A stretch of DNA of 64,000 nt from Auanema rhodensis (GCA_964057225.1 OZ059896.1:9362001-9426000); one strand, 5' to 3'. Numbered from the stretch's first letter, positions 43,065 through 57,923 are shown. Notes: generated by a model not told the origin, from the letters alone. Translations and numbers: made by a program.

Positions 43065-45062
43065 TTAGGCTTCACTGATATAAAAACGGAATTAATAATA
43101 AGCAATGTCAGCTACCTTCGAACTTTTGGTTGAGGTGACTGCGATGATTTCCGATAGCGTTTACCTAGAGATTGATAAACTTCTTTTTCTCTATTACGGC
43201 TTTTCTCCTATAACTGATAGTTAAAAGGCTGAAATCCTTAGTAGTCGCACCTTCATTTTATCTTTATAGAAACGTTCTCTACTTCTACTTCTCCTCCTTC
43301 CTTTATCGTCGCGTCGATTATCTTTTCTATTGCGATCATCCCTTCTCCTAGGAGATTCTCTTCTTCTTCTGGGACTTCTCCTGTAAATAATACACATGAA
43401 AAAGATTATCAAAGGCAAAAGCAAACCTTCTCGGACTTCGAGTTCTTGACCTTGTTCTGGAGCGGGACCGTGTTCTATCTTTCTCTTTAGAAGGTTCCTC
43501 TTTTGTTTCTAATATATGTTAGCAAACCTTTTAAATTTCAGTGTAATCTCGCTTACCTTTAGCTGCATGTGTTAATTTTTGAGCAACCAGAGAGGCCTGC
43601 TTGGCTTTTTCTGCCACCTCACGGTCAGTTCTTATTTTATCCAAGACTCCCATTAATTTATTAAGATTAGGAGGCTGTAAGAAAAAAAACATTCATGGAG
43701 AAAATTATAATAAAAAATCACCTTCTTTCTCGTATAAAGTTGCTGTAAAGTTGAAGCAATATCACGAACATCAAGATCAGATGCACCGAGCAACTCGTAC
43801 CTTAAAAAGGCAAGTTTTATATCTAATTAAACGAACAAATATACCAATGAAGAGGGGATTTAGGGAGCGGAATAGGAGGTTCAACTGTTCTTGCAGCAAG
43901 ATATATACATGCACAGGCAATCGTCTCAGGTGTGTAACGTAAAAACATATCGGTTCTCAGTCCATCGTTCATGTAACTCCTATACAAACAAGTATATTTA
44001 TTTTCTTTGAGTTGCTATACCATGCTTTCTGAATGAGATCTTTACGATTGACTTGGTTTAGAATAAAAATATATGAACAGATAAGTTTGTGAGGGTGCTT
44101 AACATGCACAACAAAACCAAGAGTTGCCATCAATCTCCGCTCGGCTTTGATAATCTTAATAATTTCAAATTAAATTAGTGTAAGGAAGTAGTAAACATAC
44201 ATGATTTTTAGTATTTACATAACTCACATCTAATGCACGTGGTTTCATTCTAGCGGTATCTTCTCTGAAATTAACTAAGTAAACTTGGATAACCTATAAA
44301 AAAAACTGACGCCGTCACTCTCCTTCCAGACTGCCATATTCTATGCAATTGCTCTAATCGGCAGTAAACATTATAAACATCCCTAGGTCTTCGTGGAGCT
44401 TCTTCAATTTTGGATGCAAGAAGTAAGCAAGCCATCACAGTATGCTAAAATATCAACTAGTTTAGATGAAACATCAAGACAAACCCTACCTCCAACATAT
44501 AATTAACAAAACTTTTCTGAAAATAAAACCGCTGAAAAAGAATTTGGCCTGTAGCTGCAGCAGTTTGAGGAAGTTTTAATAAAATAGCACCAGCTTGAAT
44601 AAGTTCACAGCCAAGAAATCTAAGTTCCTAAAAATGGGCAAGTAACACGACTGAATTTGTAAACCAACTTTTTCTGTTTCAGCATCAACTCCATCAGCTA
44701 AAGTGGGAGGATTTTCTAATTTTTGTTTAGATGCATCGTCCATTGTGAGAAGCCATTTATCACAATTAATATCTACCCTAAAAATATAGTAGTTGAGAAA
44801 AAATATATAATATCTCACATACCGAGAATATAGTGGCCGCAAATTAAATGAACTAGGCTTTATAAGAGGATTTTCCTTTAGCTTTTTATCAACTTCTTCA
44901 TGTTCAGGTTTATTTTCATCAGTGTCTTCAAGCTACAATTAAAAATACATAAAGTACATTCAAATAACAGCTAAAAACCTTGGTTTGTTCAGGAGGATGT
45001 TGTTTGGTCATAGACATAGCTTTGGCCAACGCTATCCTTTTCTTCTCCTCAAGCGTCGCCAT
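43065..45062 (-). CDS. cyl-1: Cyclin L
   Basis: PTLADG...[82 protein letters not shown]; RS-rich C-terminus. Confidence 0.92.
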
Positions 45063-45928
45063 CTTGAAATAAATTAAATTATTTTTTTTCAATAACTAAG
45101 TTTTTTTTGAATAAAAGCTTTAAAATCATGAATTGAGTTATGATATAACTTTAAAATAAATAGAATAATATAAAGAACTGGACTGTATTTTTCGAAATTT
45201 GAATATGTTCACGCTCTATTGCGTACGAAACTACCTTGTCGTGAACTTAAAATTATATAATTGTTATAGTTGGCCAGGTAACCTTGGCTGCCTTTTTGAA
45301 GAATTAATTGTTTTAGTAAAAATAGTATACAGTTCCCGCGAAAAGCTATATTAATATTATTTGCCTAGTTTGAATGTTCACTCTTCGGACATATATAGTG
45401 TGTGGTGAATAACAGTCATGATAATTGCAGTCTTTTCAAAATACCTGAAGTTTTGCACTACGACACAACTGTTGTTAAAAGACACTTCAAAATATTAAAA
45501 AAGAACAATTTTTTAGAAGTTTCTTCAAGAAATTCCCAAAATATTACGAAGGAATAAGTGAGAATTAGTTTTCATCTCGCAAAGGATAGCTCCTTTAATA
45601 CAGGAATTTTTTTTTGTATTTTGTAAGTTTTATCTCGAATCTCCATGTGTTTCTATGTTAATACCACTATATGTTATATGTTAAAATACTGCTTAAAGAC
45701 TTGCAAACCTTCCGAAAACATAGCAAGAAAAAGAATAAGCGTGGTTAAAAGCCATTTCCCATGTATTTTTCTATATCTATTAAACAGTATTCGGATTAAA
45801 AACATTGTAAATCAAATTATTGTCAAAGTAATAGAAGGTAAATTTTTTATTCAAATGTTTCATGTTTATTGAGGCTTGGACAAAAGATTAAACAACAAAC
45901 TAAAACACATACAGTTTTTGGAAAAGTA

Positions 45929-47126
45929 CTAAGACCGTTCTGAATAATCTAGACGAGATGTAATATATTTTGCCCAGCAAAACGAAGAGTTAGCATACAT
46001 GAAAAATATTTTAAGCTGGTCTGTTGCTGCATCCACAGAAAATTCCGTAATCAAATAACTGAATTGATAGTTGTTAAAATAATAATATAATAATAATTGA
46101 TACCGTTTTTCTTTAATAATATTCATTAGGAGATCTTTAAAGATTTGCTTCTCGATATTACTCTCCGGAATTTTAATGGCTACATTCAGCTATAAAATAG
46201 ATACTTAAGTAAAATTAGGTTTATATCATATATACCTGACATATAGCAATATTATTTTCTCCAATTGGCCCCCATTGTGCTGTTATATCTCCTAATAATC
46301 TCAAACTATTGTCGCGGTTTCCGAGTACTAGTGAATCCAATTTAAAACGACGAATATATGTTTGAATATACGTTAAGATATCGACGTGTGTTCTTGTTCG
46401 AATTCCTAAAAAACACAAGAAAAAATGAAAATTATTATTTATGAGGTATGAGATATCATACTCTTATTTGTTCGCTGATAGTGAGTTATATAAATTGGAT
46501 GTTGAATGATATTAGTTCCTCTTGGAGATCCTAAGCCAGGACTGGCGGAGTAAACCGAACAATATGGATACTTGTCCTAAAATATTGTTCAAAAACAGTA
46601 TATATCTATAGAAAAACCTTGAAAAGTTGTTCTGATATTAATTCTGGATCTTCTTTTATGAAAAGAACGTCACAAACATGATCTGAAGCCTGAAAGATTA
46701 GTCCTAGAAGTCCATTAGAATTACTTGACTAATACCCAGACGAGTGGAAACGCAAATAAGACTTGATCAACTCCTGTACTTAGGTACTGTACTCTTGCCC
46801 CTAATTGTTTATCTGAACATTGGTTTACCAATCGAGGAAAGTCATTCCGAAGCTATAAGAATAGTTCATTAGAATTTTGTATCTGTTATCTATCACTAAT
46901 ATAGCAAACTGGTTATTAACTAAGAAAGGAGTCAAGCCAAAAAATAAGTTTTTATCAAATATGAAAATCTGTTCTTTCATGTTGTTCAAAAAGTTTCTTT
47001 AAAGTTTGTAGTACTGCTGAAGTTTCAAATGAATAATATGTAATGCATTTTAATCCGTTGTTCTTATCAGAATAGGTTGTTTTTAAATGTTCATAAATCT
47101 CTTTCAATTATTCTTGCTTCTTATTA

Positions 47127-47167
<41 letters not shown>

Positions 47168-47310
47168 TTTAATATTTCTCAAAAGAAACTTATAATAGAA
47201 AAGAAAATTAATTTACCTTGTATACGAAATCATCTGTGCTAATTTCTTTCCATGAACTTGTTCGTTTTTCTAGACAATTAAATGCTGCAGAAGTGTAATC
47301 AGTTGACTGT
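45929..47310 (-). CDS. Divergent nematode FkbM/Methyltransf_21-like protein; 5' end uncertain
   Basis: Exons splice to ...HVDILTYI...IAICQ|LNVAIKIP...FKDLL.NIIKEKRY...LKIFFMYA...CWAKY, resembling the C-terminus of nematode FkbM-like proteins. Start codon not identified. Confidence 0.5.
47130..47166. repeat. (AT)n microsatellite
   Basis: Pure AT run seen directly. Confidence 0.9.
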
Positions 47311-47480
47311 ATGAAAAAGAAAAAATTATACTTTTATAAGATTATATTATTAGAAATAAATTTTATTCCGAAATATCATTTTTGATAGTTAATTAGTCTT
47401 AGTTCTTTATAATTGTTTTTAATTTTAAGTTTTTCTCTTAGGTTTCATACAAATTAATTATCTTGTTGAATTTGAGTAAA

Positions 47481-50400
47481 ATGGTGGTACAACAGGAATA
47501 TGATTTGAAGAAAGCCCAGAAAAATTTTGCTAACAATGTTAGGTAAGTTGTTGTCTTTATTGTATATAAATTTGTTTATGTTTTCGAATGAAAAATATTC
47601 CTCCGGCTAAAAAAGTTCGTACTCGAAATGCGAAAAATCCGTTCGTCCTTGTATGTTTTTAAATATTATTTTATATGTAAAGTAATTTTTAGTTTCGGTA
47701 TGCTAGTATAACTGATATTGTGTGTTATATATTTGGTATAGCTACATCATTAGTATCAGGCTTAGGATATCCATTGATGTCTATAATTATGGTTTTTATT
47801 TTTTTTACAAAATGATATTGACAATGTTTTTAGGGAAACATAACACAAGCTTTCATGGATATTACTGAAGGATTAGGTTAATAAGCTAGTAATTAACTTC
47901 GAAAGTTAAATATATCATTCTTTAGATTCGAATCAATTCAGTATCGATGTTAAAAGAGACTGCATTAAGTTTGCTGTGTTAGGCGCAGTTATATTTGCTT
48001 GTGGATTTTTACAAGTTGTTTCACGAAACCGAATAACTTATCATATATTCTATTTAGTCAGTTTTTCTGGTGAAAGCATGTGATAATGTTATTACCAATT
48101 GGAGAAAAAGGTTTTTTATGTCATTATTACGACAAGATATCGCCTGGTATGATAGCACCCATAGCGGATCTTTAGCTCCAAAACTTTTCGAGTAGACAAC
48201 GGTTTTACATAACAAAATATATTGACACAATTACAGCAATCTTGAGAGAATCAGAGAAGGTAGTGGGGACAAAATTGGTCTGTTGTTTCAGTTCTTAGCT
48301 CAGGTACAAAGAAAAATTTATTTCACTGTATGTTACATACATATATAGTTTGGAGGTGGCTTTGTAGTTGCTTTATCACACGATTGGAAGCTAACTCTCA
48401 TTATGATGTCATTATCACCGTTTATAATGATATCCGGAAGTTATGTTGCCACGGTTTAAAAATAAATCCATTGTGGTTTAAACTTCAATATTTCTGTCAG
48501 ATCATGGCATCCATGGCTCAAGATGAGTCAAAGATATACGAAAAAGCTGGTGGCATTGTTGATGAGGTTCTCAGTTCTATAACAACAGTTCAATCATTTA
48601 ATGGTCAAACGTATGAAATACAAAGGTAGAAATTCTCTATAATTGGTATGAAAGTGTGTACATATAGGTATGAAAAGTCGTTAGAGCAAGGAAGAAAGTT
48701 GGGAATTCGTAAAGCTTTATCAACCGGAGTTGGTATTGGATTCACATTCTTGTTTATGTTTACTTCTTATGCATTAGCATTTTGGATCGGAATTAATTAT
48801 GCTGCCAATGGAACTATTGATGGAGGAACTATCATAATAGTAATATTGGATACATACTTATATCATTTTTTCTTAAAAAAACATCGTTTTGGGTATTTTT
48901 TTCTGTCATGATGGGTGCAATGGCTCTTGGCCAGCTTGGACCTCAATTTGCTGTAGTTGGGGCAGCTGTAGGCGCAGCGACTTCATTGATAGAAATTATT
49001 GAACGAGTATATAGTGATATTATCACATAAGTTATTTAATGATCATTTGTTCAGGTACCAGTAATAGATTCCTTTAGTGCAAAAGGCAAACGTCTTGTTA
49101 GTTTAAAAGGACACATCAAACTTTGCAATGTTTATTTTTCTTATCCAAGCAGACCTGATGTTCCAATTTTAAAGGTATTACATATGAATATTAGGTTGTT
49201 GAACATGAAATAATCTTAGGGAATATCATTGGAAGCAATTCCTGGCCAAACAATTGCTTTAGTTGGCCCAAGTGGTTGTGGCAAAAGTACAATAACTCAA
49301 CTAATTCTTCGATATTATGAACAGATTCATGGAGAAGTGACATATTCAAACGTTGTTGAGAGTTAATAGGCACTGCTGTTTCAGATCAAAATTGATGATT
49401 ATGAAATATCGGATTTGAATATAGAATATTTGAGAACATGTGTTGGAATTGTATCTCAGGAACCTAATTTGTTTAACACAACTATTGAAGAAGTTCATTG
49501 GAAAATGATATTCTCTTGATTATTCGTTCATTTTTAGAATATAAGATATGGTTGTCCTGCAGTTTCTAATTCCGACATAGTTAAAGCTTTAAAAGAAGCA
49601 AATGCTTATGATTTTGTTATGAAGTTTCCTCGCGGTCTTCAAACATTGGTTGGCAATCGTGGAGCTCAACTATCTGGTGGACAGAAACAAAGAATTGCAA
49701 TTGCTAGAGCTCTTGTTAGAAATCCCAAGGTTCAGCAATCAACCGAGAAACATAATTCCGAAAAATCTCAAAAATATTTTATTTGTAGGTGTTATTACTG
49801 GATGAGGCAACAAGTGCATTGGATGCGGAAAGTGAATATATTGTTCAAAAAGCTTTGGAAAATGTGATTAAACTTTCAAATGATTAAACGATTAGGAAAT
49901 TACAGGCTTCCAAAGGGAGAACTACTTTTGTAATAGCTCATAGATTATCAACTATACGTAATGCTAATAGTATCATTGTTATGAACTCTGGAGAAGTTAT
50001 TTTTATTTTTTTAATGTTAAAAATATAAGATTATTTAGATTGTTGAACAGGGAACACATACTGAACTCATGAATTTGAAAGGTTTATATCATAATCTTGT
50101 TAGTAATCAAGTTCTTGCTGATGTGAAACAAGGTAAAACACGTTTTATGAAATTTTCGTTTGATTTTTACGAGCAACATTATTTCAGAAAACATATGTGA
50201 AGATAATGAGAATGAAAAACAACGGGATAATGATATAGAAAGCTTGGTAAGTTATAGTAGTTGTATTATGATAAATACTTAATGAAGTAATTATCAGACT
50301 TCAAATATACAACCTCTACATTCGAATAAAAAACATTCACAATACAATCAAGGACAAGTATCAAAATTAAGAACAGAAAACCTTCTAAGTATAATTAGAA

Positions 50401-52677
50401 AAAGTCGCCCAGAATGGCTTTATTTGATTGTGGCTTTTCTTTCTGCTTCAACACAAGGATGCGTTTTCCCAGCTTTTGCTTGGATATTTGTTCAAATTAT
50501 ACAGGTATAAGATAACATGAGATCTGTATTTTAAAGTATTTTCAAGACATTCACAGAACCTCCAGAACAAATGAAGTGTGATGGCCATTTTTGGGCTGTA
50601 ATGTTTCTAACTTTGGGAGGCTTAATGTTTGTTACGATGATTATTCAAGTAAGTACATATATTTACGTATTTATCAATTTTCAATATTCAAAATCTTATT
50701 AAAGTTTTAAAGACGTTCTTCTTTGGATTAGCTGCCGAATCTATGAGTAAACGTTTTCGTATAATGGTTTTTGAAAATATTCTTCGGATGGACAAATCAT
50801 ACTTTGATAAACCTGAGAATTCACCAGGAAAATTATCAACTCATCTAGCTACAGATGCACCATGCTTGAAATCAGTATTCTTAAATTTTTTAAATTAAAC
50901 TAAGTTTTAAATAGGCTATAGATTTTCGTTTGGGTACAGCTTTTGGAGCTTTAATAGGATTGGTGGTTGGAATTGGAATTGCCTTTTATTATGGATGGCA
51001 AATGGCTTTATTAGTATAAAAAAGTGAAATTTTTAAAATTTAATTCACAAATACTACAGGCAGTATTAATGTCTCCTTTGACCATTATTGGACAATCAAT
51101 TCAAATGCAATATACATTAGGAGCAATGGGAGGAAAGACATCAGATATGGTGGAAAGTGGAAAGGTTTGTAAAATATAGAATTTTATAAATTTTATTAAC
51201 AAAAAGATAATTAGATTGCTGTAGAAGCAATCGAAAATATTCGAACTGTTCATTCATTGACATTAGAACGTAAACTCTATGACGACTTTACAACTTTACT
51301 ATCACGAGCAAAAAAAAATATATTACGTCAAGCAGTTTCACAGGTATTTATAACTGAAAAAAATATATTTTTCTTATTAATATCATTTATGTAGGGTTTA
51401 GCATATGGTTTTGCTGTAAGTGTGTTTTTTTTCTTATTTGCTTCATGCTTTCGATTTGGATTATGGCTCATTGAAAATAATTATATGTATCCTTTTCCAG
51501 TGTTAAAGTATAAAATATTCTTATAAAATGTTTGATTCATGAAATTTCAGTGTTCTATTTGCAATTTCATTTACTACAGGAGGTCTCGGAATATTTAGTG
51601 GATACTTTCCTGAATACATGAAGGCAGTAATAGCTGCTGGAAAAATTTTCTCTATGCTAGAAGAAGAAACAGTTATAGATGGATTATCAGAAGAAGGAGG
51701 AAAGATGAATAAATTTGGTGATATAGTTATATCAAATCTACGATTCAGTTATCCACAAAGACCAACTGTTCCCATCCTCAAAGGAATTGATTTGAAAGTA
51801 GTTTTCATGAAAATTTTAAAAGAATACTATTTATGGTTTTTTAGTTAAAAAAAGGTCAAACTGTTGCATTTGTTGGTCCAAGTGGTTGTGGGAAATCAAC
51901 TATAATCACTTTACTTGAACGAAATTATAAAGTAGATGATGGCAGTATTGTATGTTTAAGTACAGCATATTCGAAAGAAAATTTAATTTTTAAGGAAATC
52001 GATGGAGTAAATGTTGAAAAAATTAACACAAAGCACATTCGAAATCATATCGCTTTAGTTTCTCAGGAGCCGGTCCTTTTCGATAGGTCGATTAGCGAAA
52101 ATATAACATATGGAGTTTCTGAATATGTAAAACATGAATTGATTGAAGAAGCTTGTCGAGAAGCTAATATTCATGAATTCATAACTTCTTTACCTCAAGT
52201 TTGTTATATATTTTATTTAAAATATGACTATATTTAGGGATATGATACGAGAGTAGGTGAAAAAGGAGTTCTATTATCAGGTGGTCAAAAGCAACGTATT
52301 GCTATAGCTCGAGCATTGGTAAGGAATCCGTCAGTTCTATTATTAGATGAAGCAACAAGTGCTTTGGACAGTGAATCAGAGAAAGTAATATTCAGAAAAA
52401 TGTATTGTGATGTATTCAAAAAGATAAATATTTCAGATTGTTCAAGAAGCTCTCGACAAAGCTGCAACTGGTAGAACGTGTATTGTTATTGCTCATCGAC
52501 TGTCTACGATACAAAACGCCGATTATATTATAGTTTTTTCAAATGGAAATATTATCGAACGAGGTAATCATGTCGTTAATGTGACTAAAAACTGGAACAA
52601 CTTTAGGAACACATGACGAATTACTTCAGAAAAGAGGAATGTATTATGATTTAGCTTTAAAACAATCTGGAAACTAA
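47481..52677 (+). CDS. ABCB1-type P-glycoprotein (pgp family full transporter)
   Basis: Two TMD-NBD halves; Walker [10 protein letters not shown] (twice), signature [19 protein letters not shown] (twice), [18 protein letters not shown]. Confidence 0.95.
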
Positions 52678-54076
52678 AGAATATATCAAATATATATCAT
52701 AAAAATGAATGATATATAAACAAAATTGATGTTTTTGATTGCTAATAAAATTTTTTTTTAACTTCATCTAACTTTCTATTTTCTATAAAAAACTTTTTTT
52801 CTACACAAACGCTTTTGCTTAGAAATTAAAATTTGAAAAAACTCACAGAAAGGAAGAAAAATGTGATTCGAATGAATGTAGTTAAAGTGAACAAGAATAT
52901 GACACACACAACAAAAATACGAGAACGATCTTCAAATGAAAGCTGAATATTCGATAATCTTAACATTAATACAAAATTATGGATCCGTTTGCCAATAAAA
53001 TAATATGATACCTGAAGCGAATCCGCATTAGTTCACGACTAAGATTTAAATTTTGAAAAGATTGAGTGTAGGATAAAAGGTCCAGATAGCCAAACTGGTT
53101 ATCAAGAAGATTCTCATCTAACTTTCTTGAAGAAGCTGATTCATGATTAAATACTGTACTCTTTGAAGGTTGTGTAGGAGTATAATTTGATGTAGTTGTC
53201 ATTCGACTGACGTATATGTAATTTTCTTTTTTTTTGTCTTTTATATAATGGTTTTAGTTAAAAGAAGGTCAGTGAAATGTATAGAGGCCAGGCTATTGAA
53301 CAAGTGAAGATAAAATCTTTAATTTCTGCTATCTTCAGAAAATCCTTTGGTATGCATGATTTTTAGATCTCTCTTACCTGCTTCATGGATTTATTATTTC
53401 AGCATAATCTCTATATAAATATGAAATATATTAGGGTACATTGTGTCCGTTGATTATACAAAGATTTTTAATCTTTTTCAGGTTTTATATCGCTTTTTTC
53501 TATAAATTTATTATATTATATATAACTGGGAAGTATTTTATCTGAGTTCAAAGAAATAATTAAAATAAAAGATTAGCAGGAGCATAACACAAAGTACATA
53601 TGTATGTATGAATGTATGAATACGAGTGTGAAGAATATGTGAAGATCTTCAGATGTAAGAAGAAAAACATCTCCGTATGTTATGTAAAATTGTACACTTT
53701 CTTACAACATTATCCTTTTTTTTCAATTTATTAAATATTCGAAACTTTTTTTTGGTTCAAGACACTTATTTGATTAAAATGATTAGGAAGAAGAACTCAA
53801 GTTGTCGGCTTTTTTTCCTGTTAATTTTTAGAAAATTAGTTGTAAAATTTTAAAGAAAGCTTTTCAATTTTGTTCGAGCTGTCAGCTGATGGCTGTGTAC
53901 ACATGAATTGACGGATATGCTCCTCCTATATTACACTGACTATTGTCTTAATTCATCTGTACTAGTCGACCTTTAACTGTAAGCTAAATCTACTGTTAGC
54001 ATCAAATATTTTGATTCTTGTATATTATATTTGTATTTTAAAAAATCTTGTTTTATCCTCATTTTAATTTTGAAAA

Positions 54077-55976
54077 ATGACTGAGTGTAGTCCCGAATCT
54101 TTAAAGTTTCTAACCACAAGATCTATTGCACTGAGACTTTTTGTGGTGAGTTTTTAAATTTTTTTTCATTACTTATTACATAGTTTTCTCATATAAATTA
54201 CACTTTTCTATTTGTCAGATCAAAATTCGTTGGAGAAAAATCAAAGATGTTGCATATGATCTGAATGATGTTCTGAACCAATTGCGAATTCCTAATCGTC
54301 AGAGAGAAATGATACGAGAAGCAATAGGAGAAGTATTACGAGAAGTCCGTCGTTGGGGTATTGTTATTAGATTTTTTAAAAATAAATATATTCATATATT
54401 TATAATAATATATTATGTATTTAAGATGAAAAACATCGAGAAATGTTTTGTGAAAGCTCAAAAGCTGTAAGAGTCATGAATAAAGCGGAACATCTACGCA
54501 CATTTTACCGTCATCTTTTGTGGAAGCACTCATCGTAAGTTTTAGCAAATAATAGGAAGATACTAGAAATTACGAAAAAAAGACTGCATGTGTTTTTTTT
54601 CATAAAACGTTTTATATATTATATAAAATTAAGATATGAAATAGAAGATGTTGAAACTGCTAAAAATCTAATGGAAACAGAATGTGCTGATTGGCCTCAA
54701 ATGCAATTTCAGGTATATATTTTGAAAAATAAACAAATGAAAAACTTTCAATATCTTATTATTTTAAATTTTGCTTAAATTTTATTTCAGTTCGCTTGCT
54801 TATATGCTCTAACCGATTGGGTGGAAGACGATGTTCGATTTGATAAATATCGATGTATAACATTTAGGTGATTTATAAGATATTATTGAGCAAACAATCC
54901 AGAAAACTAGATTTTGTTTCCTATTTTTGTTTTTTTTTCTTTAAGAAAACAATTAGGCGAGCATCCAGTTTATGATTTCTGGCTTACATTATTGAATTCG
55001 GATTGGGAAACATTTTTTGATACAGGTGAGCAATACAAAAATAACAAGAATTCTTTATCTTATTTTTCAGAAACTAGACTTGCTAATCAAAAATTGCAAC
55101 TTTGTCTAAAGTTTTCTATTACACATGGATATTATGAGTTAATGCGTTATATTTGGGATAAAATTGGAAATTCAACAAAAGAATACATTGGTATCTTATT
55201 TATTTTAACATTTTGATTATAATGAATGTACAGGACTTCTTCAGTGGAGGTCAATGTGCTTTAGAGCTAGAGATCGAGAAACAATGAAATTCTTATGTGA
55301 ACGACTATGTGAAATGAATCCCGTCGGAGTTGCTCGAATTTCTTGGTCTGCATTTTGGAGTACATTTTATGACATGATTAATGTGAATTGTTTTATACTT
55401 TTGAATTAAAACAAAACAAGTTTATTTTAGAATGAAAAAAGTGATGTCGTAGTTCAAAATCAATTTAAACGACGTTTTGAATTCTTAATTGAAAACTGTT
55501 GTCCTGAATTAAGACGTCGTCTGTTATGTATGGAAAACTTCAGGTTAATTTTTCTTTCAAATTCAATCAAACTTATAAATTATAAGAATTTTATAAAATG
55601 TATGATTTTATAACAAATATAAGTTAAATTTAGAGTTGTTGCCGACTCTTTCCGTTATAATCGAGCGGACACATTTGCCCTACTCTTGGAACACATGGAC
55701 GCAGAACAGTTGAGAGATGCGAGGTAAACAAAATGACCCTTGGGGTAAACAAGAAAAATATTATATATAAGCATGATTTTGTTTAAACATCGAACAGAAG
55801 AAAAAAATATACGTTTGAAAAATGAATTTATCTTTCTCATAAGTTAGATTTCAAAATGAAATATGTTAAATACTTTTAGAGAAGTTGTTGATCGAATTCA
55901 TGGAAGACGCCAAAGCATCGAAGGAACCATGTTGCGAAAAGCGATGATTCGTCGACAAATGACAACAACAGACTAA
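54077..55976 (+). CDS. Uncharacterised ~340 aa protein with putative N-terminal BC/SOCS-box-like motif
   Basis: About 11 short exons splice in one frame from MTECSPESLKFLTTRSIALRLF to ...MIRRQMTTTD*. From memory it resembles C. elegans T01H8.2. Confidence 0.75.
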
Positions 55977-56226
55977 TTGATAATTAGTTTTATTCACAGT
56001 TATTTTCTTTATCTCATGTTATTTTTTTTTGTTTAAATGTCTTCGTGTCGTGTTAACCACTGATCTCATAGTCATCATCAGTGGCGGGTACAATAACGGA
56101 ATAAGGGTTTATTTTGAATTGTATTGTGTACATGTTATTAGTAAATAAAATATTTTTTATGATACTCTGTAAAAGTAAAACAAAAAATAAAAAGAAGTAA
56201 ATAAATTTATTAATCTGTAACTAGTT

Positions 56227-57646
56227 TTATTCCTTTTTATCTGTTCCCTGTTTCCCATGAGTGTCCTAGAAATATGATTATTTAACAGTTGCTAATGAAA
56301 AAAACCAACACTATCATCTGTTGGCACATCTATATAAAATATTGGAGAAACAGCATTCTGAGAATCCTTAATAAAGATGAATGAATTTCTATTGAATAGT
56401 ATTAATTACTTTTGGATCAACGTATTCATCTAGAACATCATCCATAGAGGAAGCGGATATTGCTCTGAATATTTGAAAATGAATATAGAAAAATAAAAAA
56501 AAATAGGAACCTATTGAGATTAGGGATTAATGTGCTTTCATCTTGATCCATAATTTCAACTTCACTATCAGTTGTAAAATCAAACTTTGAAACTAAACAG
56601 AAGAGGGGAGACTAAAATTTTATCAATATTTAAAAACCTTGCTTAATATTTTCCTCTGATGTTTCGACAAGATCAAATGTTATTTCAGGAACTGACCTCA
56701 TAACTGATCCAGATAAATGTTGATCAGCTATGAATGGAGGTAGTTTTTTAGGTTCCTAAACAAAAATCATATATGGATCTATAAGCGCCGGTTAAAAGCA
56801 GATTAAGTTAACTGATACTACTAACGGCTGGAAGAAGTTCATTAGGGGATTTTCCCATGTGAATTTGTAACAATTGTTCAACTTTTGCATTCATAAGTCG
56901 CAAATATTCCATTTCTTCTTTCTAAATATCAATAAAATACATAATAAACAACTAATAAACTTACATGACGATATTCCATGATTTGCATTTTTAGCTCCAT
57001 TTCTCGAATATCAGTTTGCACTTTATCTTCCGTACTTGAGAGATTGTTTACTCTAAATCAATAAGTATATATACATATATAATTTATAAAATACCGTCTT
57101 AAAATGATATCTGTTCGTTCAGAAGTTCTTAAAATACGTTCTTCATTACTACTTTGTTTTCTCATGTCACGCTCTCTTTCCATATCTTCAACACTTTCTT
57201 CCTCAAACGAATGAATTCTTTCGACCTCTTCCTCTGTTAGAAACAACTCTGAACCATATAACTGAACACCATCAGAACATCATAAATCTGAGAACTACTC
57301 ACTAAGAGAAGCATCCAGTAAATGACGACGATCATTGAAATGTTCCCGAACCAGTATCCATTTCGCTACCCAATAAATATGATAAATAAGAGTGAAAGGT
57401 GGAGGAATAGCTGGTGTTGATTCATATTCCATAACCTAGAAAAACTGAACCACTAATATCAAAGAACAATGAAAAAAACTTGTCTATAACGTTCAAAAAG
57501 CCAAATTTCTTGAGTAATTTCGACATTTCTTTCGAAAATATATGTACAGCAAGCAACCATGGTATTCATCAATAACACATTCGCTATGATCATAAAAATT
57601 GTCATGAATATAGGAACAACGAAATAACCAGGCACACAAGTATCTC
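56227..57646 (-). CDS. TRPM cation channel, 3' exons only (S6, TRP box, coiled coil); gon-2/gtl family, probably gtl-1-like
   Basis: GDTCVPGYF..PIFMTIFMIIANVLLMN.MVA, TRP box EIWLFERY, VMEYESTPAIPPPF, LFLTEEEVERIHSFEEE. The exon starts mid-gene at acceptor TTTAG (57647-57651); upstream exons lie outside the window. Confidence 0.9.
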
Positions 57647-57850
57647 CTAAATATGACAAATATTAGTATGTGATAAAGAGAGGGAATTAAAACAAAGAAT
57701 TGAATTGTAATTAATTTCACAAAATTTTCATTCAAAATCATTAGAGTACCGTGTCACTGTATGTTTTATCGATAAACTACACTTTTTCTATTGACCACTA
57801 GTTTGTTGGAGCCCAATTGATCTGGCGCCATGTATGCTAGCACATCATAA

Positions 57851-57923
57851 GGTCTTGTGGTGTAGTGGTTATCACGTCTGCTTTACACGCAGAAGGTCGT
57901 CGGTTCGAACCCGGCCAAGACCT
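57851..57923 (+). tRNA. tRNA-Val(TAC), first of 26 TAC copies in the array
   Basis: Acceptor GGTCTTG/CAAGACC, A box TGGTGTAGTGG, anticodon arm TCTGC-TT[TAC]AC-GCAGA, B box GGTTCGAACCC, TTTT terminator about 5 nt downstream. Confidence 0.97.

Noticed and set aside
52966-53202. 78-aa minus-strand ORF downstream of the P-glycoprotein
   Set aside because: No motif or convincing gene structure.
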